Of a stretch of DNA of 64,000 nucleotides, positions 1-9,790 are shown piece after piece (the first letter of the stretch is position 1; each line of letters starts with the position of its first letter). The notes beneath the pieces are model-generated. The model searched no databases. It saw nothing but the letters and a program-made list of their open reading frames with translations, and had not been told where the DNA came from. The DNA is from an uncultured Actinomycetota bacterium (GTDB taxonomy: Bacteria; Actinomycetota; Actinomycetes; Mycobacteriales; CADCTP01): the NCBI GenBank assembly GCA_963766325.1, contig CAVXZF010000007.1, forward strand, positions 1,191,794 to 1,255,793, written 5' to 3'. A program made the translations under genes and the position numbers.

Positions 1-52
1 CCGACAGCGGCGCGACCTCGGCCCCGGGGAAGAGCGCGGTGGCCCGGCTCAC
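1..52 (-). CDS. 5' end of an unidentified CDS running off the left edge (VSRATALFPGAEVAPLS...)
   Basis: GTG at 52 (minus strand), 8 nt after a GAGGAG supplied by the intercistronic repeat. All 17 visible codons end in G/C. Too short to name. Confidence 0.35.
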   Translation of the reverse strand, partial: MSRATALFPGAEVAPLS

Positions 53-173
53 GGTGTCCGCTCCTCGGACAGAGAAGCAGGCACTCCATCCATGCCGGCG
101 CCTCCGCGCGGGGCAGCCGGCCGGTCGGCCCTCCTCGCTCCCCGCTCGCGCTGCGCGCCCTCGCGCTCGCTCA
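53..173 (-). repeat. MIRU-like intercistronic repeat, copy A (121 nt), between the mqnC stop and the next gene start
   Basis: Block 122-173 matches 50245-50296 (49/52). Block 127-173 matches 35152-35198 (41/47). Block 56-72 is identical to 35108-35124 (17/17). On the minus strand the element begins with the mqnC TGA (173-171) and ends at the downstream GTG (52). It holds an internal mini-ORF, VSEREGAQRERGARRADRPAAPRGGAGMDGVPASLSEERTP, with GTGA overlaps at both ends. Confidence 0.7.
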
Positions 174-1346
174 CCGGGCCGGCACGAGCGGCAGCGCGGT
201 CGAGGAGAAGTGCGACACCACGGCATCGTCGCGCGGGTCGTCCGCCGGGTCGTGGTGCACCACCAGGTGCCGGTAGAGCGTGTCCCGCTGGGCCGGGATC
301 CGGCCGGCGGACCGGATCAACCCGATCAGCTCCAGCCGGTTGGACCGGTGCCGGGCGCCGGCCGAGGACACGACGTTTTCCTCCAGCATCACCGAGCCGA
401 GGTCGTCCGCTCCGAAATGGAGGGTCAGCTGCCCGGCCGCCTTGCCGGTGGTCAGCCAGGACCCCTGCAGGTGGGCGACGTTGTCGAAGAACAGCCGGGC
501 CACCGCGACCAGCCGCAGGTATTCCACAGTGGACGCCTGGGTGCGACCCTTGAGGTGGTTGTTCTCCGGCTGGTACGTCCACGGGATGAAGGAGCGGAAG
601 CCGCCGGTCCGGTCCTGCACGTCGCGGACCATCCGCAGGTGCTCGATCCGCTCCGCGCTGGACTCGCCGGTGCCCATCATGAACGTGGCGGTCGACTCCA
701 CGCCCAGCTCGTGCGCGGTCTCCATCACCTGCAGCCAGACCTCGCCCGGCTCCTTGAGCGGCGCGATCGCCCGCCGGGCCCGCCCGACCAGGATCTCCGC
801 GCCGGCGCCGGCGAAAGAGTCCAGCCCGGCCGCGTGCAGCCGCTCGATGACCGTACGGAAGTCCAGCCCGGACACCCGGGCGATGTGCACCACCTCGGAG
901 CCGCCCAGCGAGTGCAGCGCGAGCTGCGGGTGGGCCTGCTTGATCGCGCCGAAGGTCTCCTCGTACCACTCGATGCCGAGGTCGGGCGAGTGCCCTCCCT
1001 GCAGCATGATCTGGGTGGCGCCGAGCGCGACCGCCTCCCCGCACCGGCGGAGGATCTCCTCGACGGAGTGGGTCCAGCCCTCCTCGTGCTTGGGCGGGCG
1101 GTAGAACGCGCAGAACTTGCAGGCCGTGACACAGACGTTGGTGTAGTTGATGTTGCGGTCGATCAGGTACGTCGCGATGCCGTCCGGATAGCGGCGGCGG
1201 CGGACCGCGTCGGCCGCCCGGCCGAGCGCGTGCAGCGGGGCGCGGGTGTAGAGCTCGTGCGCCTCCTCGGGGCTGATCCGGCCGCCGTCGGCGGCGCGGT
1301 CGAGGACGGGCTGGAGGTCGGCCACCCCACGAGCGTAACGAGTCAC
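171..1346 (-). CDS. mqnC: Cyclic dehypoxanthinyl futalosine synthase (radical SAM, futalosine menaquinone pathway)
   Basis: 391-aa ORF with the radical-SAM cluster motif NYTNVCVTACKFCAFY. Overall MqnC-type layout (LIDRNINYTN..., GGFRSFIPW). mqnA is nearby. Confidence 0.88.
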   Translation of the reverse strand: MTRYARGVADLQPVLDRAADGGRISPEEAHELYTRAPLHALGRAADAVRRRRYPDGIATYLIDRNINYTNVCVTACKFCAFYRPPKHEEGWTHSVEEILRRCGEAVALGATQIMLQGGHSPDLGIEWYEETFGAIKQAHPQLALHSLGGSEVVHIARVSGLDFRTVIERLHAAGLDSFAGAGAEILVGRARRAIAPLKEPGEVWLQVMETAHELGVESTATFMMGTGESSAERIEHLRMVRDVQDRTGGFRSFIPWTYQPENNHLKGRTQASTVEYLRLVAVARLFFDNVAHLQGSWLTTGKAAGQLTLHFGADDLGSVMLEENVVSSAGARHRSNRLELIGLIRSAGRIPAQRDTLYRHLVVHHDPADDPRDDAVVSHFSSTALPLVPAR

Positions 1347-1359
1347 CCTTGGTGACGGG

Positions 1360-3093
1360 TCACCCCAGCTGGACGATGACCCCGCCGGAGGCGATGCCGT
1401 CGTGCAGCTCGACCGCCACCGCGCGCCGGTCGGCCGGGATGTCGAAGACCATCGTGCCGCTCACCGACTTCCCGGGTTTGACCTGGTCCCACAGCGTCTG
1501 GTCGCGGTAGTAGACCCGGGCGGTGAGGTCCGCGCTGTGCTTCTCGCCGGTCGAGTCGTGCAGCTTCTGGACCGGCTCGAACAGCGTCCGGGCGTCCTGC
1601 TTGACGTTGGTCACATCGACCCGGACCAGGCAGTACTGGCCGTTCGGGCTTCTCGCGAACGGGCCGCTGCCGAGCTTTCGGACCCCGCACCTGACGCTGC
1701 GGACCACGAACTCCAGCTGCCCGTCCCGCGCCGCCTCGCCGATCCCGGGCTCGCGCGCCGGGGTGGCCGGGTCGCGCTCGGGCATGAAGGCGAGCAGGGC
1801 CAGCAGGGCGACCGGGATCAGCAGCCGCTTGCGCCGCCACCAGGGCCGGCGCTTCCGCGGCTCCGGCACCCGGTACGCCGGCGGCGGGGTCGGGTACGGC
1901 GGGGGGCCGCCGGCCTGGGCGCCCCCGGCCTGGCCGCCGCCCGCCGGCCTGCCGCGGCGCAGGAGACGCGCCGGGCCCGGCCGCCGCGGCGCCGCCGCCG
2001 GCGCCGGCCCGGCCGGGCCCATGACCTGGGTGGGGTGCGGCGGCCGCGGCGGGAGGACCCGGGTCGGCCCCGGGCCGCCGACGTCTCGCGGCCGGGGCGG
2101 CAGCACCCGGGTCGGCGGCGGACCCGCCTGCGGGGACCACTGGGGCGCCGGCGGCGGGGTGGGCAGGCCGGTCCAGGTGCGCTCGACCAGCTGGGACGCC
2201 GCCACCGCCGGGTCGGCCGGCCCGCGGTTCCCGCCGAGCAGCTCGTCTACGAGCTGCCGCGCGGTCGGCCGCCGGGCCGGGTCCTTGGCCAGGGCCCGCT
2301 CGACCAGCCCGCGCAGCGGGCCGTCCAGCCCGTCCAGGTCCGGCGAGCCGGTCACGATCCGCTGCGCCTGCTCGGCCGGCGGGAGCGACAGCCCGTCGGC
2401 CGTGCCCCACGGGTTGCGGCCGGTCGCCGCGTACGCCACCAGACTGCCCCAGCTGAAGATGTCCGAGGCCGGCCCGACGGCCCCGCCGCGGAACTGCTCG
2501 GGCGCCATCCAGCCGGGCGTGCCGACCAGCATCCCGACCTGGGTGTGCGCCCGGGCCACGTCCAGCGCCCGGGCGATGCCGAAGTCGATCACCCGCGGCC
2601 CGGACAGCGAGAGCAGCACGTTGCCGGGCTTGAGGTCGCGGTGCACCACGCCGGCGGCGTGCACGGCGGCCAGCGCGGCCGCCACCCCGAGCGCCACCCC
2701 GTGCAGGGTGGACTCCGGCAGGGGGCCGCTCTCGGCGACCGTGACGCCGAGCGGCACCCCGTCGACGTACTCGGTGACCAGCCACGGCGGGTCCCCGGCG
2801 GGGTCGGCGTCCAGCACCCGGGCGGTGCAGAACGGCGCCACCCGGCGCGCGGCCGCGACCTCGTCGGCGAACCGGGCCCGGAACTCCGGGTCCCCGGCCA
2901 GCTCCGGGTGCACCACCTTGATCGCGACCGGCGGCCCGCCGCCGGCCGCGCGGCCGACGTAGACGGTGCCCATGCCGCCGGCGCCGAGCCGCCCGGACAG
3001 CTGGTAGCGCCCGACCCGCGCCGGGTCGCCGGGCTCGAGCGGGCCGACCGCGCCGAGCCGCGGCGCCCCCGCCCGCTCGCCGGTGCCCGCCAC
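1360..3093 (-). CDS. Ser/Thr protein kinase with one TM segment and a C-terminal extracellular DUF4352-like domain
   Basis: Hanks motifs GRLGAGGMGTVY, AIK, HRDLKPGNVLL, DFG, GTPGWMAPE. Pro-rich linker, TM helix LLIPVALLALLAF, then a beta-rich C-domain. I chose the GTG at 3093 (AGGGGGG 6 nt upstream); the GTG at 3111 is an alternative. The longer ORF to 3669 overlaps mqnA and is rejected. Confidence 0.88.
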   Translation of the reverse strand: MAGTGERAGAPRLGAVGPLEPGDPARVGRYQLSGRLGAGGMGTVYVGRAAGGGPPVAIKVVHPELAGDPEFRARFADEVAAARRVAPFCTARVLDADPAGDPPWLVTEYVDGVPLGVTVAESGPLPESTLHGVALGVAAALAAVHAAGVVHRDLKPGNVLLSLSGPRVIDFGIARALDVARAHTQVGMLVGTPGWMAPEQFRGGAVGPASDIFSWGSLVAYAATGRNPWGTADGLSLPPAEQAQRIVTGSPDLDGLDGPLRGLVERALAKDPARRPTARQLVDELLGGNRGPADPAVAASQLVERTWTGLPTPPPAPQWSPQAGPPPTRVLPPRPRDVGGPGPTRVLPPRPPHPTQVMGPAGPAPAAAPRRPGPARLLRRGRPAGGGQAGGAQAGGPPPYPTPPPAYRVPEPRKRRPWWRRKRLLIPVALLALLAFMPERDPATPAREPGIGEAARDGQLEFVVRSVRCGVRKLGSGPFARSPNGQYCLVRVDVTNVKQDARTLFEPVQKLHDSTGEKHSADLTARVYYRDQTLWDQVKPGKSVSGTMVFDIPADRRAVAVELHDGIASGGVIVQLG

Positions 3094-3176
3094 CCGAACC
3101 CCCCTCGCCACTGACCCGTACGACCTCAGTGTCCCCGAGACAGGACGAGCCGAACGGGGCGGGCGTTCCGCCGGGG

Positions 3177-4435
<1,259 letters not shown>

Positions 4436-4444
<9 letters not shown>

Positions 4445-4527
4445 GCAGTTCCGACGCCGACTGAGCAGTTCCTGCGGCTCAGTCACCGCGGGAACTGCTC
4501 AGTCGGGGTGGCAGTGTGCTCAGCGGC
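4436..4527. repeat. CCGACTGAGCAG-family repeat cluster with a perfect 16-bp hairpin (bidirectional terminator candidate)
   Basis: Direct copies of GCCGACTGAGCAGTTCC at 4436 and 4456 (20-nt period). An inverted copy GGAACTGCTCAGTCGG at 4491-4506 pairs with 4457-4472. A variant TGCTCAGCGG sits at 4518-4527. The stop codons of both convergent genes (4442-4444 and 4520-4522) lie inside copies. Confidence 0.75.
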
Positions 4528-5182
4528 CGATGAGGACGCCCAGGAGGAAGGCGCCGAGGCCGACGGCGACGGGGTTGCGGCGGGTCTGGTCGAGGACCGT
4601 CTGCCAGGCACCGCCCGCGACCGCGGTGGCGACCTCGCGGTTGTCCGCGGTCTGCGGGTCGAGGCCGGCCGCCGTCGCCGCCCTCTCCCGGGCCGTCGCG
4701 GCCAGCGGCGCCGCCTTCTCCTTCGCGGTCGCCGCCAGCGGGACCGCCTTCTCCTTCGCGGCGGCGACCAGCGGCGCGGCCTTGTCCCGGGCGGCTGCCG
4801 CGAGCGGGGCCGCCTTCTCCTTCGCGGTGCCGGCCAGCCCGGCGACCTTCTCGCCGATCCCGGTCGACTGCCCGTCGGCGGGCACCGTCGCCCCGGTCCC
4901 GTAGCCGACGTCGCCCGCGGTCGTCCCGGTCACCGGCTCGGCGCCGCCGCCGGTGACCTTGTCCTTGGCCTCCCCGGCCGCGGTGGTGACCTTGTCCTTG
5001 GCCGTGCCGGCGGCCTCGACCACCTTGTCCTTGACCCCGGCCGCCTTCTCCTTGGCCCGGTCCACCGACCGGTGGGCGACCTTCTTGGGGTTGATCTTCT
5101 CCTCGAGCGCGTCCAGGTCCTCGCCGAGCTTGGCCCGGGTGCGCTCGATCTCCCGCTCTATACGCTCCGGGTCTTCGCCCAC
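4520..5182 (-). CDS. DUF3618-like protein with Ala/Lys-rich repeats and a C-terminal TM anchor
   Basis: N-terminus EDPERIEREIERTRAKLGEDLDALEEKINPKKV. Repeated AKEKAAPLAA units. C-terminal helix VAVGLGAFLLGVLIG. GTG at 5182 with GAAGGAGG 7 nt upstream. The longer ORF to 5344 is rejected. Confidence 0.8.
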   Translation of the reverse strand: MGEDPERIEREIERTRAKLGEDLDALEEKINPKKVAHRSVDRAKEKAAGVKDKVVEAAGTAKDKVTTAAGEAKDKVTGGGAEPVTGTTAGDVGYGTGATVPADGQSTGIGEKVAGLAGTAKEKAAPLAAAARDKAAPLVAAAKEKAVPLAATAKEKAAPLAATARERAATAAGLDPQTADNREVATAVAGGAWQTVLDQTRRNPVAVGLGAFLLGVLIGR

Positions 5183-5580
5183 TGCACGTCCTCCTTCACG
5201 GTCTCGATGGTGCGCTCCGGCTTGGGGTTGAACTTCTTCAGCCGGCTCCGCCCCACCACCGCGAGCACGGCGGCGACGACGGCCCAGACCCCGGCCACGA
5301 CGACCGCGGCCCAGCCGAGCGGCATCCACTGGTCCAGGCCCCACATCAGCCCGAGGGAGAGGAACACCAGCACGAAGTGACCGGCGAAGCCGGCCCCGCC
5401 GAGCGTGCCGGCCGCCACCCCGGCGGTCTTCGCCTCCCGGGACAGCTCCGCCTTGGCCAGCGCGATCTCCTGCCGCACCAGCATGGACACGTCCTTGGCG
5501 ACCTCGGACGCCAGCTGCCCGGCGGAGGCGTCGGTCCGGCCCGTCACACCCTGCTCGTCCCGTCCGACCACGTCCGCCAC
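5158..5580 (-). CDS. Actinobacterial holin-X / phage-holin-family membrane protein
   Basis: 140 aa with two TM helices after an amphipathic LVRQEIALAKAEL segment. Sits between DUF3618 and an anchored protein, a recurrent actinobacterial triad. GTG start 1 nt after the upstream stop. Confidence 0.78.
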   Translation of the reverse strand: MADVVGRDEQGVTGRTDASAGQLASEVAKDVSMLVRQEIALAKAELSREAKTAGVAAGTLGGAGFAGHFVLVFLSLGLMWGLDQWMPLGWAAVVVAGVWAVVAAVLAVVGRSRLKKFNPKPERTIETVKEDVQWAKTRSV

Positions 5581-5581
5581 C

Positions 5582-6025
5582 TCAGCCCCCGTCCTCGGCG
5601 TCGTCGGAGCTGAGCAGCTTGCCGACCAGCCAGCCCGCGATCAGCGTGCCGGCGAGGAAGGCGGCGGGCCGCTCCTCCGCGAACGCCTTGACCTTCGCCA
5701 GCACGGCGGCCGCACCCGAGGGCGCCGGCTCGTACGGCAGGTAGCCCGACTCGGCGGCCAGCGCGTCGTACGCCGGCGTCGGCTCGTCCAGCTCGGTGGT
5801 GACGTCCGGCACCGTGCCGAGCAGGTCGGCCGGCTCGTCGTACGCCGGCGGGGTCGGCCGGGCCGGTGGCGGGGTGCCGGTCGTGAGCGGGTCCGTCGAC
5901 CCGTCGACCGGCAGAGCGAAGTCGGTCGAGGTCGCGTGCTGGGTGCCCGACTCGGGCAGGCCCATGCCGGTGTCCGGGCCGGCGAGGGGACGCTCGTCCT
6001 CGCCCGGGGGCCCTGGGTTGCTCAT
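5582..6025 (-). CDS. Hypothetical Pro/Thr/Asp-rich protein with a C-terminal TM anchor
   Basis: ATG at 6025 with GGAAGGA upstream. 147 aa ending FLAGTLIAGWLVGKLL. First gene of the 6025-4520 three-gene operon. The 328-aa ORF in the track is over-extended. Confidence 0.68.
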   Translation of the reverse strand: MSNPGPPGEDERPLAGPDTGMGLPESGTQHATSTDFALPVDGSTDPLTTGTPPPARPTPPAYDEPADLLGTVPDVTTELDEPTPAYDALAAESGYLPYEPAPSGAAAVLAKVKAFAEERPAAFLAGTLIAGWLVGKLLSSDDAEDGG

Positions 6026-6105
6026 GACTGTCCTTCCGGTCCGCGTCGGTGAGGGGGTCTGGCGAACCACTACCCCACGCATGCACGGACAACCCCGGGG
6101 CGGGG

Positions 6106-6363
6106 TCAGGCGGCGGGCTCGTCGTCCCCGCGCAGCCGCGACCGGAGGTCCTCGCGGCGGGACCGACGCTCGGTCACCCGGCGCTCCACGTCGGCGGCGA
6201 AGTCGGCCCGGACCCGGGCCAGCACCACGTACGACACCGGGAGGCTGACCAGCAGCGCGGCCAGCACGAGCAGGAAGCCGCGCAGGCCGGCGACGAAGAG
6301 CAGCGCGCCCACGCCGAGGAAGACCAGCACCCGGCCGGCGGAGTAGACGGCGAACGGCCTCAC
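6106..6363 (-). CDS. Small two-TM membrane protein (DUF4229-like)
   Basis: GTG at 6363 overlaps the upstream stop (GTGA). Sequence VRPFAVYSAGRVLVFLGVGALLFVAGL...LLVSLPVSYVVL followed by a basic tail. Confidence 0.62.
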   Translation of the reverse strand: MRPFAVYSAGRVLVFLGVGALLFVAGLRGFLLVLAALLVSLPVSYVVLARVRADFAADVERRVTERRSRREDLRSRLRGDDEPAA

Positions 6364-6764
6364 CGGTCCACCGTACGGCCCGGGCCGGCGAGCGCCCCCA
6401 CCGCCACCGGTATCGCGGCGACCAGCAGGCAGGCCAGGCCGAACGAGACCTCGGCCCGCCACCACGGCTCCGGCCGCAGGCTGCCGAGCACCAGCCAGAC
6501 CGTGGCGGTCGCGGCCACCAGCCCGGCCATGCTGAGCACCCGCGGGCCGAGCCGAGCCGGCAGCGCATCCCAGAACGGCAGCGCCAACACGATCAACAGG
6601 TGCAGCGCCGGCCGCCCGTCCAATCCCCCGAGCAGGTGGTCACCGAGCAACGCCAACCCGGTCCCCGCCACCGGCACGCCCACGGCCCCCACCCCAACCC
6701 GCCAGCCCACCCTCGCCCGCCCCGGCTGGCGCGCAGCCGTGACCACGGCGCCCCCGGGGGGCAC
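6360..6764 (-). CDS. Hypothetical polytopic membrane protein
   Basis: 134-aa ORF with 3-4 hydrophobic helices, GTGA-coupled to the next gene. The start is uncertain: GTG at 6764 is the first start codon in frame, and later GTGs are possible. Confidence 0.5.
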   Translation of the reverse strand: MPPGGAVVTAARQPGRARVGWRVGVGAVGVPVAGTGLALLGDHLLGGLDGRPALHLLIVLALPFWDALPARLGPRVLSMAGLVAATATVWLVLGSLRPEPWWRAEVSFGLACLLVAAIPVAVGALAGPGRTVDR

Positions 6765-6879
6765 CCGTCCCGCTCCGGGCGGTGGGCCGGGCGCCGGGCT
6801 GGCCGCCGCCGACGGCGCGGGGCGTCCGACGCGGGATGCCGCGGGCGGTGGAGCGACGGACGGTGCGGCGGTGGCCGCC

Positions 6880-6943
6880 GGCGGTGCGGCCGGCGGTGCG
6901 GCCGGGCGGTGCGGCCGGGGGTGCGGCCGGGGGTGCGGCCGGT
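6880..6943. repeat. Tandem GC-rich 12-nt repeat (GGTGCGGCC core) with one 13-nt unit
   Basis: GGTGCGGCC starts at 6883, 6895, 6908, 6920 and 6932 (spacings 12, 13, 12, 12). It lies in a ~500-nt stretch (6765-7260) with no convincing ORF. Confidence 0.75.
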
Positions 6944-7260
6944 GGAGGCGGTGGATGTGTGGAGGTGGTGGGCGGCGTGGCGGTCGTGGGCGGGCTGGAG
7001 AGGGTGGGCGGGAGTGGGGGTTCGTCGTCGCGGACGACGTGCAACCACCGCTCGCGCGGTCGGCCCGTCCCCGGCTCTCTCACGCCGCACATCGTGCCGT
7101 ATCACCACGACCCAGGCGACAGTGCCCGAACCCGGGCGAACGCCCCGTTCACCTCCCGTCCGACGGCGTTCCGCAGCGCTGCGACGACCGCGCCGGCCGA
7201 CCGGCCGGCCAGCTCGGGACCGCCGGCCGCCGGGGCGGCCCGGACCGCTCCCCCCGCCAC

Positions 7261-7339
7261 TGATCACTTCCACTCGCGACTGAGGAGCTACTGCTGCTCA
7301 GTCGCGAGTGAAGTGCTCAGTCGCCGCCCAAAGTGATCA
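7261..7339. repeat. CGACTGAGCA-family repeat/hairpin downstream of mqnE (terminator candidate)
   Basis: On the minus strand: GGCGACTGAGCAC, then 19 nt later GCGACTGAGCAGC, then an inverted copy. The 7265-7284 arm pairs with 7297-7315 (19 bp, one bulge). An outer pair TGATCACTT / AAGTGATCA sits at 7261-7269 and 7331-7339. The mqnE stop is at 7337-7339. Confidence 0.7.
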
Positions 7340-8485
7340 GGCGCCGATGGGTTGGGGGGTGGCGCGGCGGTCGGGGTCGGGGCCGTCGTACTCGCGGAGG
7401 GTCTCGTAGCGGGTGTTGCGCTCGACCGGCCGGAAGCCAGCGTCCCGGATCAGCTCGAGCAGGTCCTCCCGGGTCATGGTGTCCGGCGTCCCGTACCCGT
7501 CCGCGTCGTGGGTGATCTTGTATTCCACGACCGACCCGTCCAGGTCGTCGGCACCGAAGTTGAGCGCCAGCGCGGCGGTGTCCAGCCCGTGCATGACCCA
7601 GAAGCACTTCACGTGCTCGATGTTGTCCAGCAGCAGCCGCGACACCGCGAAGGTCCGCAGCGACTCCGCCGGGGTCGCCATCGGCAGGTGGGAGAGCCGG
7701 TTGTTGTCCGCGCCGTCCGGGTCGCCGTGGAAGCGCAGCGGGATGAAGACCGCGAAGCCGCCGGTCTCGTCCTGCAGCTCGCGCAGCCGGAGGACGTGGT
7801 CGACCCGGTGCCGCGGCTCCTCGATGTGCCCGTACAGCATCGTGGCCGGCGTGCGCAGGCCCTTGCTGTGCGCCAGCCGGTGGATGCGCGACCAGTCCTC
7901 CCAGTGGGTGGCGTGGTCGACGATCTGCTTGCGCACCTCCCAGTCGAAGATCTCCGCGCCGCCGCCGGTCAGCGACTCCAGCCCGGCGTCGATCAGCTCG
8001 TCCAGGATCTCGTCCGCGGACAGCCCGGAGATCTCCTCGAACCAGTGCACCTCGGTCGCGGTGAAGGCCTTCAGCGCCACCCCGGGCAGCGCCGCCTTCA
8101 GCTCCCGCAGCACCCGCGGGTAGTACTTCCACGGCAGCGTCGGGTGCAGCCCGTTGACGATGTGCAGCTCGGTGATCCCGGCCGGCTCCATCGCCTTGGC
8201 CAGCGTCACCGCCTCCTCGACCCGCATCGTGTACGCGTCCTTCTGCCCAGGCTTCCGCTGGAAGGCGCAGTACGCACAGCTGGCCGCGCACACGTTGGTC
8301 AGGTTGAGGTGCCGGTTGACGTTGAAGAACGTGCGGTCGCCGTTCTTCGCCGTACGGACCGAGTGGGCCAACCCACCCAGCCAGGCCAGGTCGTCGGTGG
8401 CGTAGAGGTCGACGCCGTCCTGGTACGTCAGCCGCTCACCGGCGGCGACCTTCGCTTCCAGCTCCTGCTGGCGGGGAGTCAGCAC
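7337..8485 (-). CDS. mqnE: Aminodeoxyfutalosine synthase (radical SAM)
   Basis: 382 aa. N-terminus ...GERLTYQDGVDLYATDDLAWLGGLAHSVRTAKNGD..FNVNRHLNLTNVCAASCAYCAFQRKPG matches the MqnE family pattern I recall, including the CxxxCxxC cluster. Confidence 0.92.
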   Translation of the reverse strand: MLTPRQQELEAKVAAGERLTYQDGVDLYATDDLAWLGGLAHSVRTAKNGDRTFFNVNRHLNLTNVCAASCAYCAFQRKPGQKDAYTMRVEEAVTLAKAMEPAGITELHIVNGLHPTLPWKYYPRVLRELKAALPGVALKAFTATEVHWFEEISGLSADEILDELIDAGLESLTGGGAEIFDWEVRKQIVDHATHWEDWSRIHRLAHSKGLRTPATMLYGHIEEPRHRVDHVLRLRELQDETGGFAVFIPLRFHGDPDGADNNRLSHLPMATPAESLRTFAVSRLLLDNIEHVKCFWVMHGLDTAALALNFGADDLDGSVVEYKITHDADGYGTPDTMTREDLLELIRDAGFRPVERNTRYETLREYDGPDPDRRATPQPIGA

Positions 8486-8684
8486 ACCACTGACTCTACG
8501 TTCCCGCGCCCGGGCGGCCCCGGAGCGCAGCCTGCCCGCTCGGGCACCGGGTCGGCCCGATCGGCTGGCCGGCCGGCTCTGCCGCCGGCACCGGCGGCCC
8601 GCCTAGCGTCCGGGCGTGGGGAGTCGGTCGGCGACGGCGGTGCGTGCGGCACACTGGGGCGTGAAGCCCGTCGTGAAGGGACCG

Positions 8685-9269
8685 ATGACCGACACGTTCA
8701 GCGCGACCGCCTCCCTGCTCGCCCGCGCGGCGGAGGGGGACGAGCGCGCCTGGGCGCAGCTGGTCGACCAGCACACCAGCCTGCTCTACGCGGTGGCCCG
8801 GTCGTTCCGGCTGGACGTGGCCGACGCCGGCGACGTGGTGCAGACGACGTGGCTGCGGCTGGTCGAGCACCTGGACCGGATCGAGGACCCGACCCGGCTG
8901 GTCGGCTGGCTGGTGACCACCGCCCGCCGGGAGGCGCTGCGGGTGCTGCGCCGCGGCGGCCGGGAGCGGCCGGCCGGCGAGGAGTCCGTGTTCGACCGCG
9001 CCGACGACACCGACCCGGTCGACACCGGCCTGCTGCTGGACGAGCGCGACACCGCGCTGTGGGAGGCGTACCGGCAGCTTCCGGACCGCTGCCAGCAGCT
9101 GCTTCGGGTCGCCGTCTACGAGCCCCGGGCCTATGACGAGATCTCCACCGCACTGGGTATGCCGATAGGCAGCATCGGCCCCACCCGGCGGCGCTGCCTC
9201 ACCCAGCTCAGGGCACTGCTCGCCGGGACCGTCCTCACCGATGCGGAGACCGGGGAGGCGCGGACATGA
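8685..9269 (+). CDS. ECF-type sigma-70 family RNA polymerase sigma factor
   Basis: Region 2 (LLYAVARSFRLDVADAGDVVQTTWLRLVEH) and region 4 HTH (AYDEISTALGMPIGSIGPTRRRCLTQLR). ATG at 8685 with GAAGGGA upstream. The track ORF start at 8616 is less likely. Confidence 0.85.
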   Translation: MTDTFSATASLLARAAEGDERAWAQLVDQHTSLLYAVARSFRLDVADAGDVVQTTWLRLVEHLDRIEDPTRLVGWLVTTARREALRVLRRGGRERPAGEESVFDRADDTDPVDTGLLLDERDTALWEAYRQLPDRCQQLLRVAVYEPRAYDEISTALGMPIGSIGPTRRRCLTQLRALLAGTVLTDAETGEART

Positions 9270-9733
9270 CGGGTCCGGAGCCGTACGCGACCGACGACGC
9301 ACTGCTCGGCCGGCTGCGGCTGGTCGTCGACGAGCTCGACCCCACCCCGCCGCACCTGGCCGAGGCGGCCAAGGCGCTGCTCGGGCTGCGCCGGCTGGAC
9401 GAGGAGCTGGCCGAGCTGGTCCGCGACTCGACCGAGGAGCACGGCCGGCTGCTCTCCGTCCGCGGCGAGGGCGACGTCCGGCTGATCTCCTTCGAGACCG
9501 GGCTGGTGACCGTCGAGCTGCAGGTGACCGAGCGGGGCGGCGTGCGCGACCTGGTCGCGCACGTGGCCGGCACCGCGGTCGTCCGGGCCGAGGTGGAGAC
9601 CGCGGCCGGGCGCTCCCCGGTGCCGGTGGAGGACAGCCTGCTCACCCTGGACGGAGCCCCGGCCGGCCTGCTGCGGCTGCGCCTGCTGACCGCGGCCGGC
9701 CGGGACCTCGTCACCAGCTGGGTGAAGATCTAG
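9266..9733 (+). CDS. Hypothetical soluble protein translationally coupled to the ECF sigma (possible non-canonical anti-sigma or partner)
   Basis: ATGA overlap with the sigma stop, and GGGGAGG 7 nt upstream. 155 aa, no TM segment, no HxxxCxxC zinc anti-sigma motif. High GC3. Confidence 0.7.
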   Translation: MTGPEPYATDDALLGRLRLVVDELDPTPPHLAEAAKALLGLRRLDEELAELVRDSTEEHGRLLSVRGEGDVRLISFETGLVTVELQVTERGGVRDLVAHVAGTAVVRAEVETAAGRSPVPVEDSLLTLDGAPAGLLRLRLLTAAGRDLVTSWVKI

Positions 9734-9790
9734 AGCCTCACGCCAGAGGCCCTCGCACCGTTTCCGGCACGAAACCTCCAGCGTGGGGGT

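Noticed and set aside
6640-7092. 150-aa minus ORF beginning MCGVREPGTGRP... with a PAAPPAAPPAAPP run.
   Set aside because: GC3 is only ~78% in the plausible part. The rest is Arg/Gly-rich junk after the 13-nt repeat unit shifts the frame, and there is no RBS. It is treated as non-coding or decayed sequence (see the finding on 6765-7260).
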